A stretch of DNA of 64,000 nucleotides from Leucoraja ocellata (Eukaryota): assembly GCA_036785375.1 (NCBI GenBank), contig JAWMAR010000152.1, positions 2,232,001 through 2,296,000 on the forward strand, written 5' to 3'. Position numbers and translations under genes: made by a program. The notes under the pieces are model-generated. The model made no database searches. It saw nothing but the letters and a program-made list of their open reading frames with translations, and was not told the origin of the DNA. Below, piece after piece: positions 14,750-28,142 of this stretch (the first letter of the stretch is position 1; every line of letters begins with the position of its first letter).

Positions 14750-15085
14750 TTCCCTCTTGCAGCAAATGCAGTCTGCATTTTGCGCACAAGGTACCACAAA
14801 CTGCAAATGAGATAGCTAGTTAATTTGGTTTTGATAGTGTCGATAATAGAATGTTAACCAGGACACTGGAGAATTTATCCACGCTCCAGATAAACCTGTG
14901 GAACCTTTTATGTCCACCTAAGATTGCAGTTTGTGTAACAACTCATCTAAAATATGCCATCTCTAACTATACAGCACTTCCGCAATACCAAACTCAACTT
15001 GTCTTAGATAATGTGCTTGAAATGGGGATGAGATTTAACTGGAAGGTTTCTGACTTGGGAGTTTTGCCATTGAACCTCATGCTGT
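14750..15085 (-). mobile_element. Deu-domain SINE relic (AmnSINE1/SacSINE1-like)
   Basis: ccaggacactggagaa...cttttatgtccacct...ctcatctaaaa...cagcacttcc resembles the reverse-strand Deu domain and the copies at 57750 and 63660. Confidence 0.55.
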
Positions 15086-16212
15086 CATGTTGGGAGAGAC
15101 TGGAAAACAACTGCTGCTACGACACAGTAGACAAAACCAGCCTACATTACATGTTTTGGTTCAAATGAATCCTCCCTCAACATAACTGCACCTAATGCAG
15201 TGTGATTGAGAAAGCTATAGCAAACGGCAATTACCAGACGGCATGCATTTCTGCATTTATTTTAATCAATTTTAGCCCAAATTTGAATTTGTGTTGATAT
15301 TTTAAATGTAATTGTCAGTGTACGCTTGTGAAAATAAGGAATGATGAGATTTGTACTGATTCAGTTTGACCCACATTTAAATGTGTGTGGAGCTAAATTT
15401 CAAGTTCAAGTTTAATGTTTTCCCTGCTGGTGTAAACCCAGAAATGAAGTTTGTTCAGCACCAGTCCAGTTTCTAGTGAGTCCACAGCACAAAATAGCTG
15501 ATGAACTGACCATTTCAATTCAACGACAGTTGTAAAAATAGTCAACTTGAACAAGGTGCTTGACAGATATAATTGGACAAAGCAAAAATTACCTTGTTTT
15601 TAGTGAAAAACACCTCACCGAGCTATCTGACTATGTCGAAAGTTGGTTATTCCTTTTTTCACCCATGAAGACCATCACCTTGATGAGCATAAAGATCGCT
15701 TGTTGAATCCTATCTGTTGTAGGCTGGGCAGTGGATCAATTCCTGTCACTTCCAACTCCACATCACCTTAAACCTTGTAAATGGAAAAGGATAATGTGGG
15801 AGGCCATCACCAGCACTATCACCAAATTGACATTAGCAGTCTTGGGTTCTAATACAGAAGAGAATTGTCTCTTGAGAACATTTAGCATCCAGTCCAGACT
15901 GAAGCAATTGAAGGATCTGGCAAGAAAAGGAATAAATGAGACTGATAAATTGCTGCAGAACTTCAGTCCAACTTCAGTTAACTTGGCATGAATGACACAG
16001 TAGTGTAGAAGAATCTCAAATATACATTGAACCAATATGTCTGCTTTGGAGGAGTTGATTCGGACGGTTTATTTAAAGAAAAAAACTATCCAATCTCAAG
16101 TTTCCCAAATGCCAGTTTAGTATAATTACAATGGTTAAAATAAGGCTTTGATTTATGTACTTTATGGCTTACAATTTATCAATGAAGTGTGGTCGCTCTA
16201 TAATGAAAGACA

Positions 16213-16309
16213 GTCAGAAGAAAGCTCCCGACCCAAAACATGACCTGTCCATGTTCTCTAGAGATGCTGCATGAGCAGCTGAGTTACTCCAGCACTTTGT
16301 TTTTTAACG
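16213..16309 (+). mobile_element. Degenerate short Penelope-terminus element
   Basis: gatgctgc...gctgagttactccagcactttgt. TSD taatga(a/c)agaca at 16201-16212 and 16310-16321. Confidence 0.65.
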
Positions 16310-17624
16310 TAATGACAGACATGAGTTTTAAAGACATGTCCCACATTTCAATCATTCTCCAAAAAGAAAGTACAAAGGGGGTGGAGTGATTTAAGTGTTA
16401 CTTAACATTGTTTTTTAATAAAATTTTAATTAAAAACCTTGTTACTGGGTTGAGTAATGTTGGGGGCACTAAACCCTACAGACCAGAAGAATCACAGATT
16501 TAATCCTTGCGAGATAAAATTGGTTGGATCAATTCCATGGTGGAGAGGATTGTGGAAGGAACAAGGTTTGGGTCATGACTAAACAAGACTTGCATTCTTC
16601 ACCATCAAAGAGGTAACAACAGCACCAAGCCTTAATTTCAAACATGAAAGTATATTGTGTTGCGATCCTTCCAAGATGTGAGATTTTATGATGCATTTGC
16701 TGAGTTTTAGAAGATTTAGTGGATTAGCAAAGGGCTTGAAAGGGTTAATTGAAAGCCCAGCGAGCCAAATTTCAAACTGATTTACACAGAAATACACATG
16801 AAGACTTGCGGTAGGGTGGTTGATTAACATCTGTTATTGCAGTTGGATGTGTGCAACCTGAATCTTTACTACCCCTGCGTACACCAGACCATAATGTTCA
16901 AACTGGCTCATTGATGTGGTGGCTGGTTTCAACTTATCACGATATTTATCAAAGTTTGACATTTCCACCCAATCCTAGTACATAATATGCACTCTTCTCA
17001 CCAAAAATGAAAAGCACCAAGTAGTTACCGCAGCAGTTATTATTGCAGGTATTATTGTCAATTAACTGTTTTTGCGCAATTGTCTGACCGATTTGTGGGG
17101 AGGGATTTTTTTCAAAGGCTGCAGTACATCGAGAACTGAAAAATAATACCTTGACTCCGTTAATTATGTTCGAGATAAATAAAGAGAATCCAGGTCCAGA
17201 TCGGGCAGGTGCCAGGTTCAGTTCTGCCTCCTGAATGAACTGACCTCAGGATAGCAATCGGGGACATGCTGTTAGTTCATTTCAGGGAGCTGGATTATTA
17301 AATAGAGTTTCTACTGCTGATCACTACACAGTAACCCAAGTTGGGGAAGAAACATCTTAAGACTTTTGAACATTTAATTATTTTTTTTGCCAGAGTAAGA
17401 ATGGCAATAATTAGATCGCATATTATGTTATTTCTGGTTTCTTTCCTGAAGGATAGTGGTCATGAGATGTGGTTTGGGCATCTACTGTCCTTGGATGCCT
17501 TGCCTCGATAGTCATTCATTGAGTGTGCCTGAAAGGTGTCGTAGGTCTGTCCCAACTAGTCATTAGGCAGTATTTTGCAAACATATACTTGGCAGTAAGG
17601 AACACTGGCGTGTCATCAGAAACT

Positions 17625-18050
17625 CAAACCCCAGCTGAGTTTATCCCATAGCCTTGCAGAGGGTCTCCAGCAGCAGTCTCCATCCGGCACGGCCTGCGGA
17701 CTTTGGAAGCCGCCGACTCCAGTAGGAGGGGGCTGACTCTGTGTCCACGCCGCTGAGGACGTCCCGCAGCCCCGATGTCGGACTTACAACACCCCAGCGA
17801 GCGGTCCTGAACATCGGGCTGCCCGTAGCGGCAACTGCGGAGGGCACGGGGAGGCCCTGACCACGGGGAACAATGGAGGAAGAGACTGACTTTGGTGCCT
17901 TCCCACACAGTGGGAAACTTTGATTCTGCTGTGTGGGGATGTTTTATGTCAAACCCTATAGTGTGTTGTGTCCCTTTTTTTATTGTATGGCTCTATGGGA
18001 ATTTCATTTCGCTGTGCCATCTGGCACATGTGATGAATAAATCTATCTTG
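17625..18050 (+). mobile_element. GC-rich non-autonomous repeat with LINE-like 3' tail (unclassified)
   Basis: CpG-rich block in AT-rich DNA. Its 3' part (gccttcc...cacagtg...ggatgtttt.atgt...aataaa) is shared with 35390-35635. Confidence 0.45.
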
Positions 18051-18837
18051 TAGATTGGGGCCCAAAATGGGACCACATCTACCATACACCATTTAGTTAC
18101 CAGTTGAACAATAGGTACAAAAATGGAAGGTTGATAAAATTGCGCATACTTACTCATGTAGGCTTAAAAATCTGAAATTAATGTATTATTTTTCTTAAAG
18201 CTCAAAAAATTATATGTAAAATATGGTGAAAGAATAAATGCACCTTATATAAACTATGTAAGTTTAGAAAACTTTTATTTCCTTCCTGTAATTATTTTGA
18301 TCCATTAAAAAAAATACAGAGATGAAATGAAACCGATTTGATTTTTTTAATTTGTTGTATTGTACTTTGGTACTTGCTCTGTTTAATTGCAGCGGAATAA
18401 TCTTGCAGCAGACAATGGTTTAGTCACAGATAAATAACAAAGTGCTGGAGTAACTCGGATATATTCAGTAGAGTGATAAGAAATGCCGATGAACAAAGGG
18501 ACCTTCGGCTTCAAGTCGACAGTCCTGTGAATTTGGTAACATAAGTAGATCGAGTGGTGAAGAAACACATGGTATGCTTGTCTTCATAGGCTGGGGCATT
18601 GAATATAAAAGTTGCCAAAGGCCCGTTTCTGTACTGCAAAATTCAATGACAATTGCTACTGAAAGGCAACAGGACTAGGAGTTAAACAAATGAGTTAATG
18701 CTTTACAAACTTAATTACAATTAAATTCTTTAAATTCATTATCTTCCCTCAAAAAAATGTTGTTCACATTATGAAGTTCTTGAATTCCTCTACTTTCCGT
18801 ATTAGATTTGTAACATGTATATGTACTTGGTTTTATT

Positions 18838-19500
18838 TTTGTGGGATGTGGGCATTGGGAAGATCAGCATCCATTGCCCATCAGAAAGTAGTGATGATAC
18901 ACTGCATTGAAGTTGTGCAGTGCTTCTGTGAAGGCAGTCCCACAGTACATTGAGTAGGGATCTCCAGGATTTTGACCCAGTGACGGTGAAAGAACAGGTC
19001 AACATCGTGTCCAATTTGGAGGAGAGCCTGCTGTTGGTGATGTTCCTGTGTGCCAGCCAGAGGGACCAAGCCTTGGGTTTGGCAGAAGGCTTGAATATTT
19101 TTAGATACCAAAGAGATCTCGGGATATGTGGCGCTGTCAACCATGATCAGAGCAGGCATGATGTTCTTCCTTGTTTATTTCTTCTGTTCACAGTGAGTCT
19201 CTGCAATACATTTTATAGATGGTGCACATTGCAAACAGTATTTGCCAATAGTTGAGGTGATAAATATTTAGCCAGGTGAATGAGGTGCTATTTAAGCAGG
19301 CTATTGTGTCCTGGATGGCATTGTGGTTATTTGGACCTGCATTTACCAATGCAAAGGAAGATTTTTTTTGTTCTACTGATGTGCCTTGTGGAAGGGATTT
19401 TGTGGGGGTCTGGAATTGAAGAGGATCATGATGGTTACAGGTCAAGGGTAGGTAATTAGTGATCGCCTTGTTGGTGATGGGCATGGCTTGGCCCCTTTGC
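18838..19500 (-). mobile_element. Old LINE 3' fragment
   Basis: Contains gatctccaggattttgacccagtgac and resembles the copy at 10645-11060. Confidence 0.4.
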
Positions 19501-20034
19501 AGCACGTGGACTTTAACAATTATCAGTCTAAGCCTGGATGTTACAGGTGTAGAAAACCCGACTTCAAGTGGTTTACGCACTTTCACACATTTAATGTGTA
19601 TAAGCGCTGTGATTTACATTTCTCACTCTTGTCTCGCAGGGGTGTTTTGAATGTTAACTGTCTGCACTAAGTGAAGAATAATTATGCTGGAAATAGTTTG
19701 AAACTATTTTGGTATACTTGTGATTGTTACTGGTACTAGCCTCCAGAGTTTGAAAATGTAAAGTGGTTTGATCAGTTTTATGTGACTGCTTGCTGCTGAC
19801 TAGAAATGTTTCCTTTTGCTCCATATACCAGCAAATTAGCAGCACTAACTGTCTCTTCCATTTACTTATGTTTTGGGGTTTTTTAAGGTGGAAATTGACA
19901 GATGCTTGATTAGAAAGGGTGTCAAAAGTTATGAGGAGAAGGCAGGAGAATAAGGTTGAGAGGGAAAAATAGATCAACCATGATTGAATGGAGGAGTGGG
20001 CCAAATGGCTTAAATCTGCTCCCATGACTTATGA

Positions 20035-20539
20035 GGTAGACAAAAGCGCTGGAGAAACTCAGCGGGTGAGGCAGCATCTATGGAGCGAAGGAAATAGGCA
20101 ACGTTTCAGGCCGAATCCCTTCTTCAGACTGATGCAAGGTGGGGGGGTGGGATGAAGAAAGGAAGAGGAGGAGTCAGAGGGCTGAGGGAGAGCTGAGAAG
20201 GGGAGGAGACAGCAAGGGTTACCGGAAATTGGAGAAATCAATGTTCATGCCGCTAGGGTGCAGACTGCCCAAGCGGAATATGAGGTGCTGCTCCTCCAAT
20301 TTCCGGTGGTGCTCACTCTGGCAATGGAGGAGGCCCAGGACAGAGAGATAGGACAGGTTTGGAATGGGAGGGGGAGTTGAAGTGCTGAGCCACCGGGAGA
20401 TCAGGTTGGTTATTGTGAACCAAGCGGAGGTGTTCGGCGAAACGATCGCCAAGCCTACGCTTAGTCTCACCGATGCAGAGCAGCTGACATCTAGAGCAGC
20501 GGATGCAATCGATGAGGTTGGAGGAGGTGCCGCACCCAT
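20035..20539 (-). mobile_element. 5'-truncated Penelope-like element (GIY-YIG C-terminal part and terminus with hammerhead core)
   Basis: Minus strand encodes ...LSVLGLLHCQSEHHRKLEEQHLIFRLGSLHPSGMNIDFSNF. Perfect 15-bp TSD tcccatgacttatga at 20020-20034 and 20540-20554. Confidence 0.85.
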
Positions 20540-21149
20540 TCCCATGACTTATGAACTTGTTTTATTCCCCGACCCAAAACGTTGAGTGTCCATTTCCCTC
20601 CACAGATGCTGCCTGACACAAAGTTTCTCATGCACTTTGCAGAGAGAAAAATAGTTAGTTTTGGATCAATGACCTTTCACCAGAGGTAGAGGGAAAAACA
20701 GGAAATAGCACTGTGCTTCTGTAAGAGCTGTTCAAAGGGTTTGTCACTTTTATGCCCTTTGGCTTTATTTCTTCTTGTTTTGGAAGAACAGCCACACTGC
20801 ATTGGGAGCTGGCCTGCACGGTACAAAACACAGAAACTCCCAGGTGTCAGCCTGCAGGACTAGCTTATTGTATTTATAGACACGAGTGAGCTTACCCCCA
20901 ACAGTTGGGTCGCACAGCCACAGTTTTGTCGGCTGTTGTTTCACTGAGTGTTTACACTGTGAAATGGCACCGTTGAGGAAGATCCACCTGTGTTCTTGCA
21001 GTGTGACAATGGCCAGTCCAACTTGGTTATTTTTAGTGTTGCCTCCAGAGGGCCCTGTTTCATAAGAAACACAAGTTGCTATATATATAAAATGACAAGT
21101 GCGTTCTTGTTTGACATATAAACCACTATGCTTTCGTCCTATGCCATAC

Positions 21150-21720
21150 TTTAGGATTGAGGATTTTGGTTCTGGAGTATCTGATGAGGTTATTCTGGGG
21201 ACTACAGATAGTTCCACATGTAGGGCACAAGATGCCCGAGTTTATTTTTTTTGGGGGGGTAGTTTGCAAATTGCTGTGCTGCTTTTTCCCGTTACATGGG
21301 GCTTCTGCATGCTTCTGCATACTAGATCACAGTGGTGTGATCTAGGTTCTGGCTGGATAACTCAGATGCACTCACCTCCACCATTTTCCAACAAGAGGAA
21401 GAGTTTTGGAGTAAGATGTGCTCTGGGGCCTCCCCAAATGTCTGTCTGCCTGCCTCTGTTCATGGGCCAGGTGTTCGTGGAATCCCAAGTGCTCCTTGAC
21501 TTTTGAGCGGTCTTGGCCCAGAGGTTCCCAGCAGTCAGTGGGGATGTTGATACTTTTCAAGGAAGTTTTGAACAAATCCTTGTTTTTATTTTACTCTATT
21601 CGCCTGGTAATTTCCTTCATGGCGCTCAGAATAGAGCGTCTATTTCAGGAATCTAGTTTTGGGCCGAAAGACAATGTAACCTGGGCAAAAGTTGCCAATT
21701 GAGTTTAGCTTCAGCCTCAT
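21150..21720 (-). mobile_element. Decayed RTE-clade LINE 3' fragment
   Basis: Minus-strand peptides SLKSINIPTDCWEPLGQDRS and CPTCGTICS resemble the RTE ORF C-terminus. Confidence 0.45.
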
Positions 21721-21784
21721 AATTTCTGCTAACTTTCAACAAGGTTTTACCACCAGATGTATCTTTCCCTCCCCTTGCCTCTCT

Positions 21785-22550
21785 CATAGAAACATAGAAA
21801 CATAGAAATTAGGTGCAGGAGTAGGCCATTCGGCCCTTCGAGCCTGCTCCGCTATTCAATATGATCATGGCTGATCATCCAACTCAGTATCCCGTACCTG
21901 CCTTCTCTCCATACCCCCTGATCCCCTTAGCCAGAAGGGCCACATCTAACTCCCTCTTAAATATAGCCAATGAACTGGCCTCAACTACCCTCTGTGGCAA
22001 AGAGTTCCAGAGATTCATCACTCTGTGTGAAAAAAGTTCTTCTCATCTCGGTTTTAAAGGATTTCCCCCTTATCCTTAAGCTGTGACCCCTTGTCCTGGA
22101 CTTCCCCAACATCGGGAACAATCTTCCTGCATCTAGCCTGTCCAACCCCTTAAGAATTTTGTAAGTTTCTATAAGATCCCCTCTCAATCTCCTAAATTCT
22201 AGAGAGTATAAACCAAGTCTATCCAGTCTTTCTTCATAAGACAGTCCTGACATCCCAGGAATCAGTCTGGTGAACCTTCTCTGCACTCCCTCTATGGCAA
22301 TAATGTCCTTCCTCAGATTTGGAGACCAAAACTGTACGCAATACTCCAGGTGTGGTCTCACCAAGACCCTGTACAACTGCAGTAGAACCTCCCTGCTCCT
22401 ATACTCAAATCCTTTTGCAATGAAAGCTAACATACCATTCGCTTTCTTTACTGCCTGCTGCACCTGCATGCCTACCTTCAATGACTGGTGTACCATGACA
22501 CCCAGGTCTCGCTGCATCTCCCCCTTTCCCAATCTGCCACCATTTAGATA
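21785..22550 (-). mobile_element. Young CR1 LINE 3' fragment
   Basis: ORF 21981-22532 reads RDLGVMVHQSLK...LYRVLVRPHLEYCVQFWSP...RRLRGDLIETYKIL...RTRGHSLR. (CATAGAAA)n tail at 21785-21808. Confidence 0.92.
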
Positions 22551-23040
22551 TCCCCTCTGCTCCCTTTATAGCATTCCCTATGGACATTTCCCTTCACAAT
22601 TCCGTAGTCCACTTTTTCATCATCACGAAATTCTTCCCTTTATTGCACTGTCCATTGTAACTGCCATACAACACCTATCCTTTCCCTTCCCACCAACCAA
22701 GGACATAAACAGTCCTTCTCAGTGAAGCAGTGATTCACCTGTATTTCTTCCAGCCCAGTGCACTGCATTCAATGTTCACAGTGTGGCCTCCTATGCCTTA
22801 TAGAACCTGAATGCAGATTGGGTGGCTACTCTGCAGGACTTCTCTGTCCAGTCCACATAGACAACCTGGAGCTTCCATTTACCTGTAATTTTAACTCTAC
22901 ATATCCCACTCCCTTTCTGAGCCATGTTTCTGTCACCTCCTGCACTAACCTAATGAGGCCCAGCTTGAAGAACAGCATCTCATCTGTATGGGCATGTTGT
23001 AGCCTTTGGGACAATATTGAATTCAACAATTTCAGATAAC
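22551..23040 (+). mobile_element. Old Penelope-like GIY-YIG fragment
   Basis: Decayed HCIQCSQCGLLCL and ..LKNSIS..NIEFNNFR parallel the 31917-33278 element. Confidence 0.6.
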
Positions 23041-23217
23041 TTGCATTTAGTTTGTATTGAAACTAGCCAGTTCTGCCATTAAGTTCATTCATCTGTAATG
23101 GTAGTTCAACTCTTCCTCTCTCCTCAGACACTGCTTGATCTAATGGGCATTTTCAGAATACATTTGGTTTAAGGCCTCAGCAATAACTCTGACCTGCGTT
23201 TCGCAGCTTCTCTATGT

Positions 23218-23301
23218 CCCCTTTTATTCTCTTTCTCTCAAACTACCCTCATTCAACTCACCCAGAATGAGGGTAGTTTGAGAGAAAGAGAATAAAAGGG
23301 G
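23218..23301. repeat. Perfect 37-bp inverted repeat with 10-nt spacer
   Basis: ccccttttattctctttctctcaaactaccctcattc (23218-23254) and its exact reverse complement (23265-23301). Confidence 0.95.
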
Positions 23302-23999
23302 TTCTGTTCTGTAAACAGTAGAATACATTGTAATCCTGCCTTGCCCTATCCAAGATATGTGTGTTGTTCAATCTATCCCTTCCTTGCCCTTTCTGCAACT
23401 TAAAACTAATTTGTCTTTTCATTTTTTCCAGTTCAAACGTAGGATCATTGACCAGAGATGCTAACTCAATTTCCCTTTCTATTAATTCAGCATGGTCTGA
23501 GTGTTTCCAATAATTTTTGTTTTTATTTTAAATTCCATTCCCTCTCCATTTAATTCTGCTCCTGTTCCTGACCACTGTCTCAAACTGAACCAGACTGTCT
23601 GGAAACTTGGCATTTGATTTGAACTCTGGCCCCATTGCCACCACCTTACCAAGAGCACAAACCTAAACGCATCCAGCTCCCTGTGACCTTACTTGTGCTC
23701 AGAATCAATCACCTCCCATCATCCCCAGCACCACGTTAGCCATATCTCAGTGTTAACATTGTCAGCCTTGGGAAAAGAACACCTTGGAAATCATGGGTGA
23801 AGAGGGCAACAGAAATTACATTGTTCTAATCTCTTGCAGTTCTAGTTCTTATCCATCTCTGGCTTCTTGACCATCCTGTGTGTTAATGTACTATTAGTGG
23901 GTGCGGCTCTTAACACAGTTCCTCAACCTTTCTGCCTCCACGATTACGGTGCACTTGATTCTATTTTTGTTCAAACTAAAGATGGGCTCCATCTCCAAA

Positions 24000-24363
24000 T
24001 GCCTTCAAGACGGAGGCGGGGCGTTTGACGCAACGTGACCCGTGCTTCCACTGATTGACAGCCCGTGTCACGTGACGACTGCTGACGCGCGCTGCTCGCT
24101 GGGTAGCGGCCCCTTCACTGGCCCGCCGCGGCGTCGCGCTCCGCCGCATGAAGTAGTTCCCGGTGTTTACAGACGCAAAAGGGCCGAGTGGCGGGAGCGT
24201 TGTTGAGCCGCCACGGTGGATCATGGCGGCGGGGCAGCCGCTGCCGTGATGTCGGTGCTGGATGTGGCATTGGGGGTTGTTTCCGCCAGTTGCGGGGCCT
24301 GAGCGCGGAAGTATAAAAGGCGCGAGCGCCTGCTTCCGTTTCTCTTTGTGACTCGTGTTGAAG
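24000..24363 (+). promoter_or_regulatory. RPS26: RPS26 CpG-island promoter and 5' TOP leader
   Basis: CpG-rich ~24000-24680. E-box GTCACGTGAC at 24067-24076, YY1-like CATGGCGGC at 24222-24230, ETS/GABP CGGAAGT abutting TATAAAA at 24312-24318, and pyrimidine tract cttccgtttctcttt at ~24333-24347. Confidence 0.85.
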
Positions 24364-24366
24364 ATG
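24364..24366 (+). CDS. RPS26: 40S ribosomal protein S26, coding exon 1 (ATG only)
   Basis: aagATG|gtgagt; an ATG-only first coding exon is the vertebrate RPS26 structure. Confidence 0.9.
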
Positions 24367-25965
24367 GTGAGTGTCCGTCTCGCTGCTTCGTCCCGCCGCC
24401 GCCAGCGTCGCCCCCCGCTCCCCGTCCAGCCCTCGCCCTCCCGCTTCCAACACCCTTCTCTCCTCTCATCGACCCCTGGGAAGCGGTGGTCGAAGCACGG
24501 AGCCGTTTGCGGGCCGAGGCCTACAGGCCGGGCCCGGCCCAGGAGCCTGCCTGTCTCCCCGCGGGACAGGGCCGCCTTGCGCGGGCACCAGGAGGCGGTT
24601 TGCTGGGTGGGGACACCGTCTGTCAAATGCACTGCAAGCCAGCCAGCAGAAACGACCAGAGGGCTGATGTTACATTTTGATATGATATAACTTGAATTTA
24701 CTCACCATTGGAGACATCTTGTAGTTCGAAGCGAGGAACCGCTTCCAAAAAGGCCTTTGTATATTTGGAGCCCTGTTCCACAATCTGTGCCTGTTTTTAA
24801 CGTTAATATGTAATAAAATCATTAGAGGCAGCTGAAAATGTGAATATATGGAATCCATAGGTAGACTGGGGCACACAGTTTTTAACTTAAGAGCTTTTAA
24901 TCTCTAAGAACAGAAGCAAGAAATACTCAGCAGGCCAGGCAACATCACAATCACGATAATGCTTTATTAGCCAAGTATGTTTTGCAACAAACGAAGAATT
25001 TCATTTGCAAAGTCAGTCATACAATAAAAAGCAATGGAACGCACATCAATGGAGAGAGAACTATTCTGGAGAAACAAATCTATTCAAGTCTGCATTGAAT
25101 ACAAGTCTACTTAGAAGCAGTTCTCTCTTAAGTAGATCTATTCATTAGATCCTTAATCCCCAGAATAGTGCATAGTTTTGTTAATCTGAGTCAAGTCTCC
25201 AGAGCAATGTGAATTTTTGTGCAAGGAGGTGGTATACAACTGGTTTGAAGTTGCATTTTGGTTACCATTTCTAATGTTCCTGTAAATGAATAGTTGTGCA
25301 GGAACTGCAGTTGTTGGTTTAAACCGAAGATAGACGCAAAAATCTGGAGTAACTCAGTTGGTCAGACGGCATCACTGGAGAAAAGGAATAGGTGACGTTA
25401 GTCAGGGAATAGGGGTACAAGAATTCAGCCCCATGTCAAATATCCTACACTAACACAGGTGAAGAGCAATGTCAATTTGATGTGTTTGTCAACCTAGCAT
25501 GTTGTATGTAGTGTTAGCACAGAGGCTAAATTACGATGCTAGGGAGTGTTGTGGAGCACTGCTCCAAGAACATTTTTGAATCCTGTGACAATAAGAGAAA
25601 TTAAATTCAAATGATTATATCTGGATGTCTTTTTTTTCCAATAAATTTGAGAAACACAGCTGGTAGATTGTTAAACCCATCTGATTTGTTAGTGTCCTTG
25701 AATAAAAGTCTGCCATCTTCACCCCAGGGTGGTCCTATGTGTGACTTGAGGCCTATGATTGTTGTTCATTTTTAACACCCTCCACGACTCGAGGGCACCT
25801 TGAGTGGGCAATAAATCCTGGTCTAGCCCGCATTGAATACAACAACAAAAAACGATTTTAATTTGAGAACCGATAACTACAATGTATGGTTTATCCAATC
25901 TGATTGGTGAGCATGCAGAATGGCATTTCACTGTACCTCAGTACATTTGACAATTATAGAACTAA

Positions 25966-26232
<267 letters not shown>

Positions 26233-26286
26233 TGAAAAGCTTGGATTCTGCTGTTGATTGTTTGCTGGTCCTTTCTTTGTTTTCAG

Positions 26287-26417
26287 CATATGTGCTGCCC
26301 AAGCTGTATGTGAAGTTGCATTACTGCGTCAGCTGTGCCATCCACAGCAAGGTGGTGAGAAACCGTTCTCGGGAGGCTAGGAAGGACCGAACTCCACCAC
26401 CACGTTTCAGGCCAGGA
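26287..26417 (+). CDS. RPS26: 40S ribosomal protein S26, coding exon 3
   Basis: tttcag|(A)[43 protein letters not shown]|gtaagt; 131 nt. Confidence 0.97.
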
Positions 26418-26439
26418 GTAAGTATTGAAAGGCTGTCGG

Positions 26440-26608
26440 GCTCTTTGAATTGTGTATTGTTGATGTCTTTATTATTTATTTATTTTGTCGATATTTTTTG
26501 TTTTGTTTCATTCTGCTTACATGTTTTTTTATACTGTTACTAAATTTTGTAAGGTGTCCTTGAGACTCTTGAAAGGCGCCCATAAATAAAATTTATTATT
26601 ATTATTAG
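26440..26608 (+). mobile_element. L2-type LINE 3' tail in RPS26 intron 3
   Basis: gtaaggtgtccttgagactcttgaaaggcgcccataaataaaatttattattattatta resembles a fish L2 3' end. Confidence 0.6.
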
Positions 26609-27197
26609 TAAATAAACCAGTTTAAGACCAGACATTCCAACGTTGATTAGTCATTGACCCTAATTGCTTGTGATATTGGGTTCCATAGTGGTGGTTCTTC
26701 AGAGTTGCTTCAACCAAGGTATCTTAACTGGTTAGAAGATGCACCCTGGGTGTTTGGGAGGGTTCAAGTTACATTTATTGTCACATCCACCAATGCTGGT
26801 GTTGGTTGGATAACGGAAAAGATGAATGAAATGGAATCGCATTCCTTGACTGCTTCAGAATGCCTGAGTAGCCAGTTGTTTTTCCACCCCTTTCCTGGCT
26901 AATGTGCAGAGACACCTAGATTCCAGGTTGTGTGTTTTAAAAATAGTGACTGCTGCTTTATGAGGAGGGGAGAATAATGTACATGGAGATTAGCGATGTA
27001 CAAAAACATGTGTGCTCAGTTTACATTAATGGCAGGTGTGCAACAGAACAGTAAATATCTCAAATTTTATTACCTGTTGAATGTTTGCTTTTGACTTGTT
27101 TTTATGTTCAGCCATGGATGCCTGTTTCTGAGTGGCATTCTTTGTAGCAAACTGCTTTCCACAGCAGCTGACATTTTTCTTTTTTTCTCCATTCCAG

Positions 27198-27236
27198 GCT
27201 AACATCCCACGTGGACCTCCTCCCAAACCTATGTAA
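27198..27236 (+). CDS. RPS26: 40S ribosomal protein S26, coding exon 4
   Basis: ttccag|ANIPRGPPPKPM*. The spliced CDS is 351 nt, giving 116 aa. Confidence 0.93.
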   Translation, partial: ANIPRGPPPKPM

Positions 27237-27267
27237 ACATTAACAAATCCTGTCATTTGGTTTGAAT

Positions 27268-27273
27268 AATAAA
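27268..27273 (+). terminator. RPS26: RPS26 polyadenylation signal
   Basis: AATAAA 31 nt after the stop codon. Confidence 0.8.
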
Positions 27274-28004
27274 TATGTTGGACCACTGAAATTTATTTGG
27301 ACCTTATTTTGATGTTTGGATCAATGAAAGCTGCCTACATGATGCAGTGAGATGTGGATTTCACTGTTTTGCTGCTTATATTTGCAGTGTCACTGCTGCT
27401 CAAACTTCACTGATGAGCTATCAAGGTTTTTGCATGGAAGGTTTTGTGGAAGCTAGCAAAATGGAAATTCTGTTTAGCTTCCTGGGGGACTATCTGTACC
27501 AGATTATGTCTATTGCTTTGAAAAACTTTCAAAGCAAAAAAAAAGGGATTTTCTCTATCGAGTTATACTTAGATTTGGCCCGCATGACTATTATTAACAC
27601 CATACAGACACTATATAATAAGCCCACTGCTAGAATTAAAGTTAATGGATATTTATCGAAGAGTTTTTCCTCTGGAAAGGGGTTCAAGACAGGAGTGTGC
27701 ATGGTCACCATTACTCTTTGCATTATATTTGGAACCACTAGCTCAATATATAAGACAAAATGAAGAAATAAAAGGTATTACTATTCAAGGGACTGAACAT
27801 AAATTGGCCTGTTATGCGGATGATATTTTGATTTATTTGGGGTAACCAACAAACTCTCTACCTAAATTGATGCAATCACTGGAACAATACGGTCAACTAT
27901 CAGGATACAAGATTAACATAGGTAAAACACAATTGCTTACATACAACTACAGCCCATCAGGAGAAGTCAGAAGTAGGTACCCTCTGGCATGGCAAGCAGA
28001 ACAT

Positions 28005-28142
28005 AGAAAATAGGTGCAGGAGTAGGCCATTCGGCCCTTCGAGCCTGCACTGCCATTCAATATGATCATGGCTGATCATCCAACTCAGTATCCTGTACCT
28101 GCCTTCTCTCCATACCCCCTGATACCCTTAGCCACAAGGGCC
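28005..28142 (-). mobile_element. CR1 3' end inserted in the L1
   Basis: Nearly identical to the CR1 terminus at ~21800-21945. aacat duplicated at 28000-28004 and 28143-28147. Confidence 0.85.

Noticed and set aside
23976-24690. Several long overlapping ORFs (up to 218 aa) at the RPS26 promoter
   Set aside because: GC-rich CpG-island artefacts with no recognisable protein; only the ATG at 24364 is coding.
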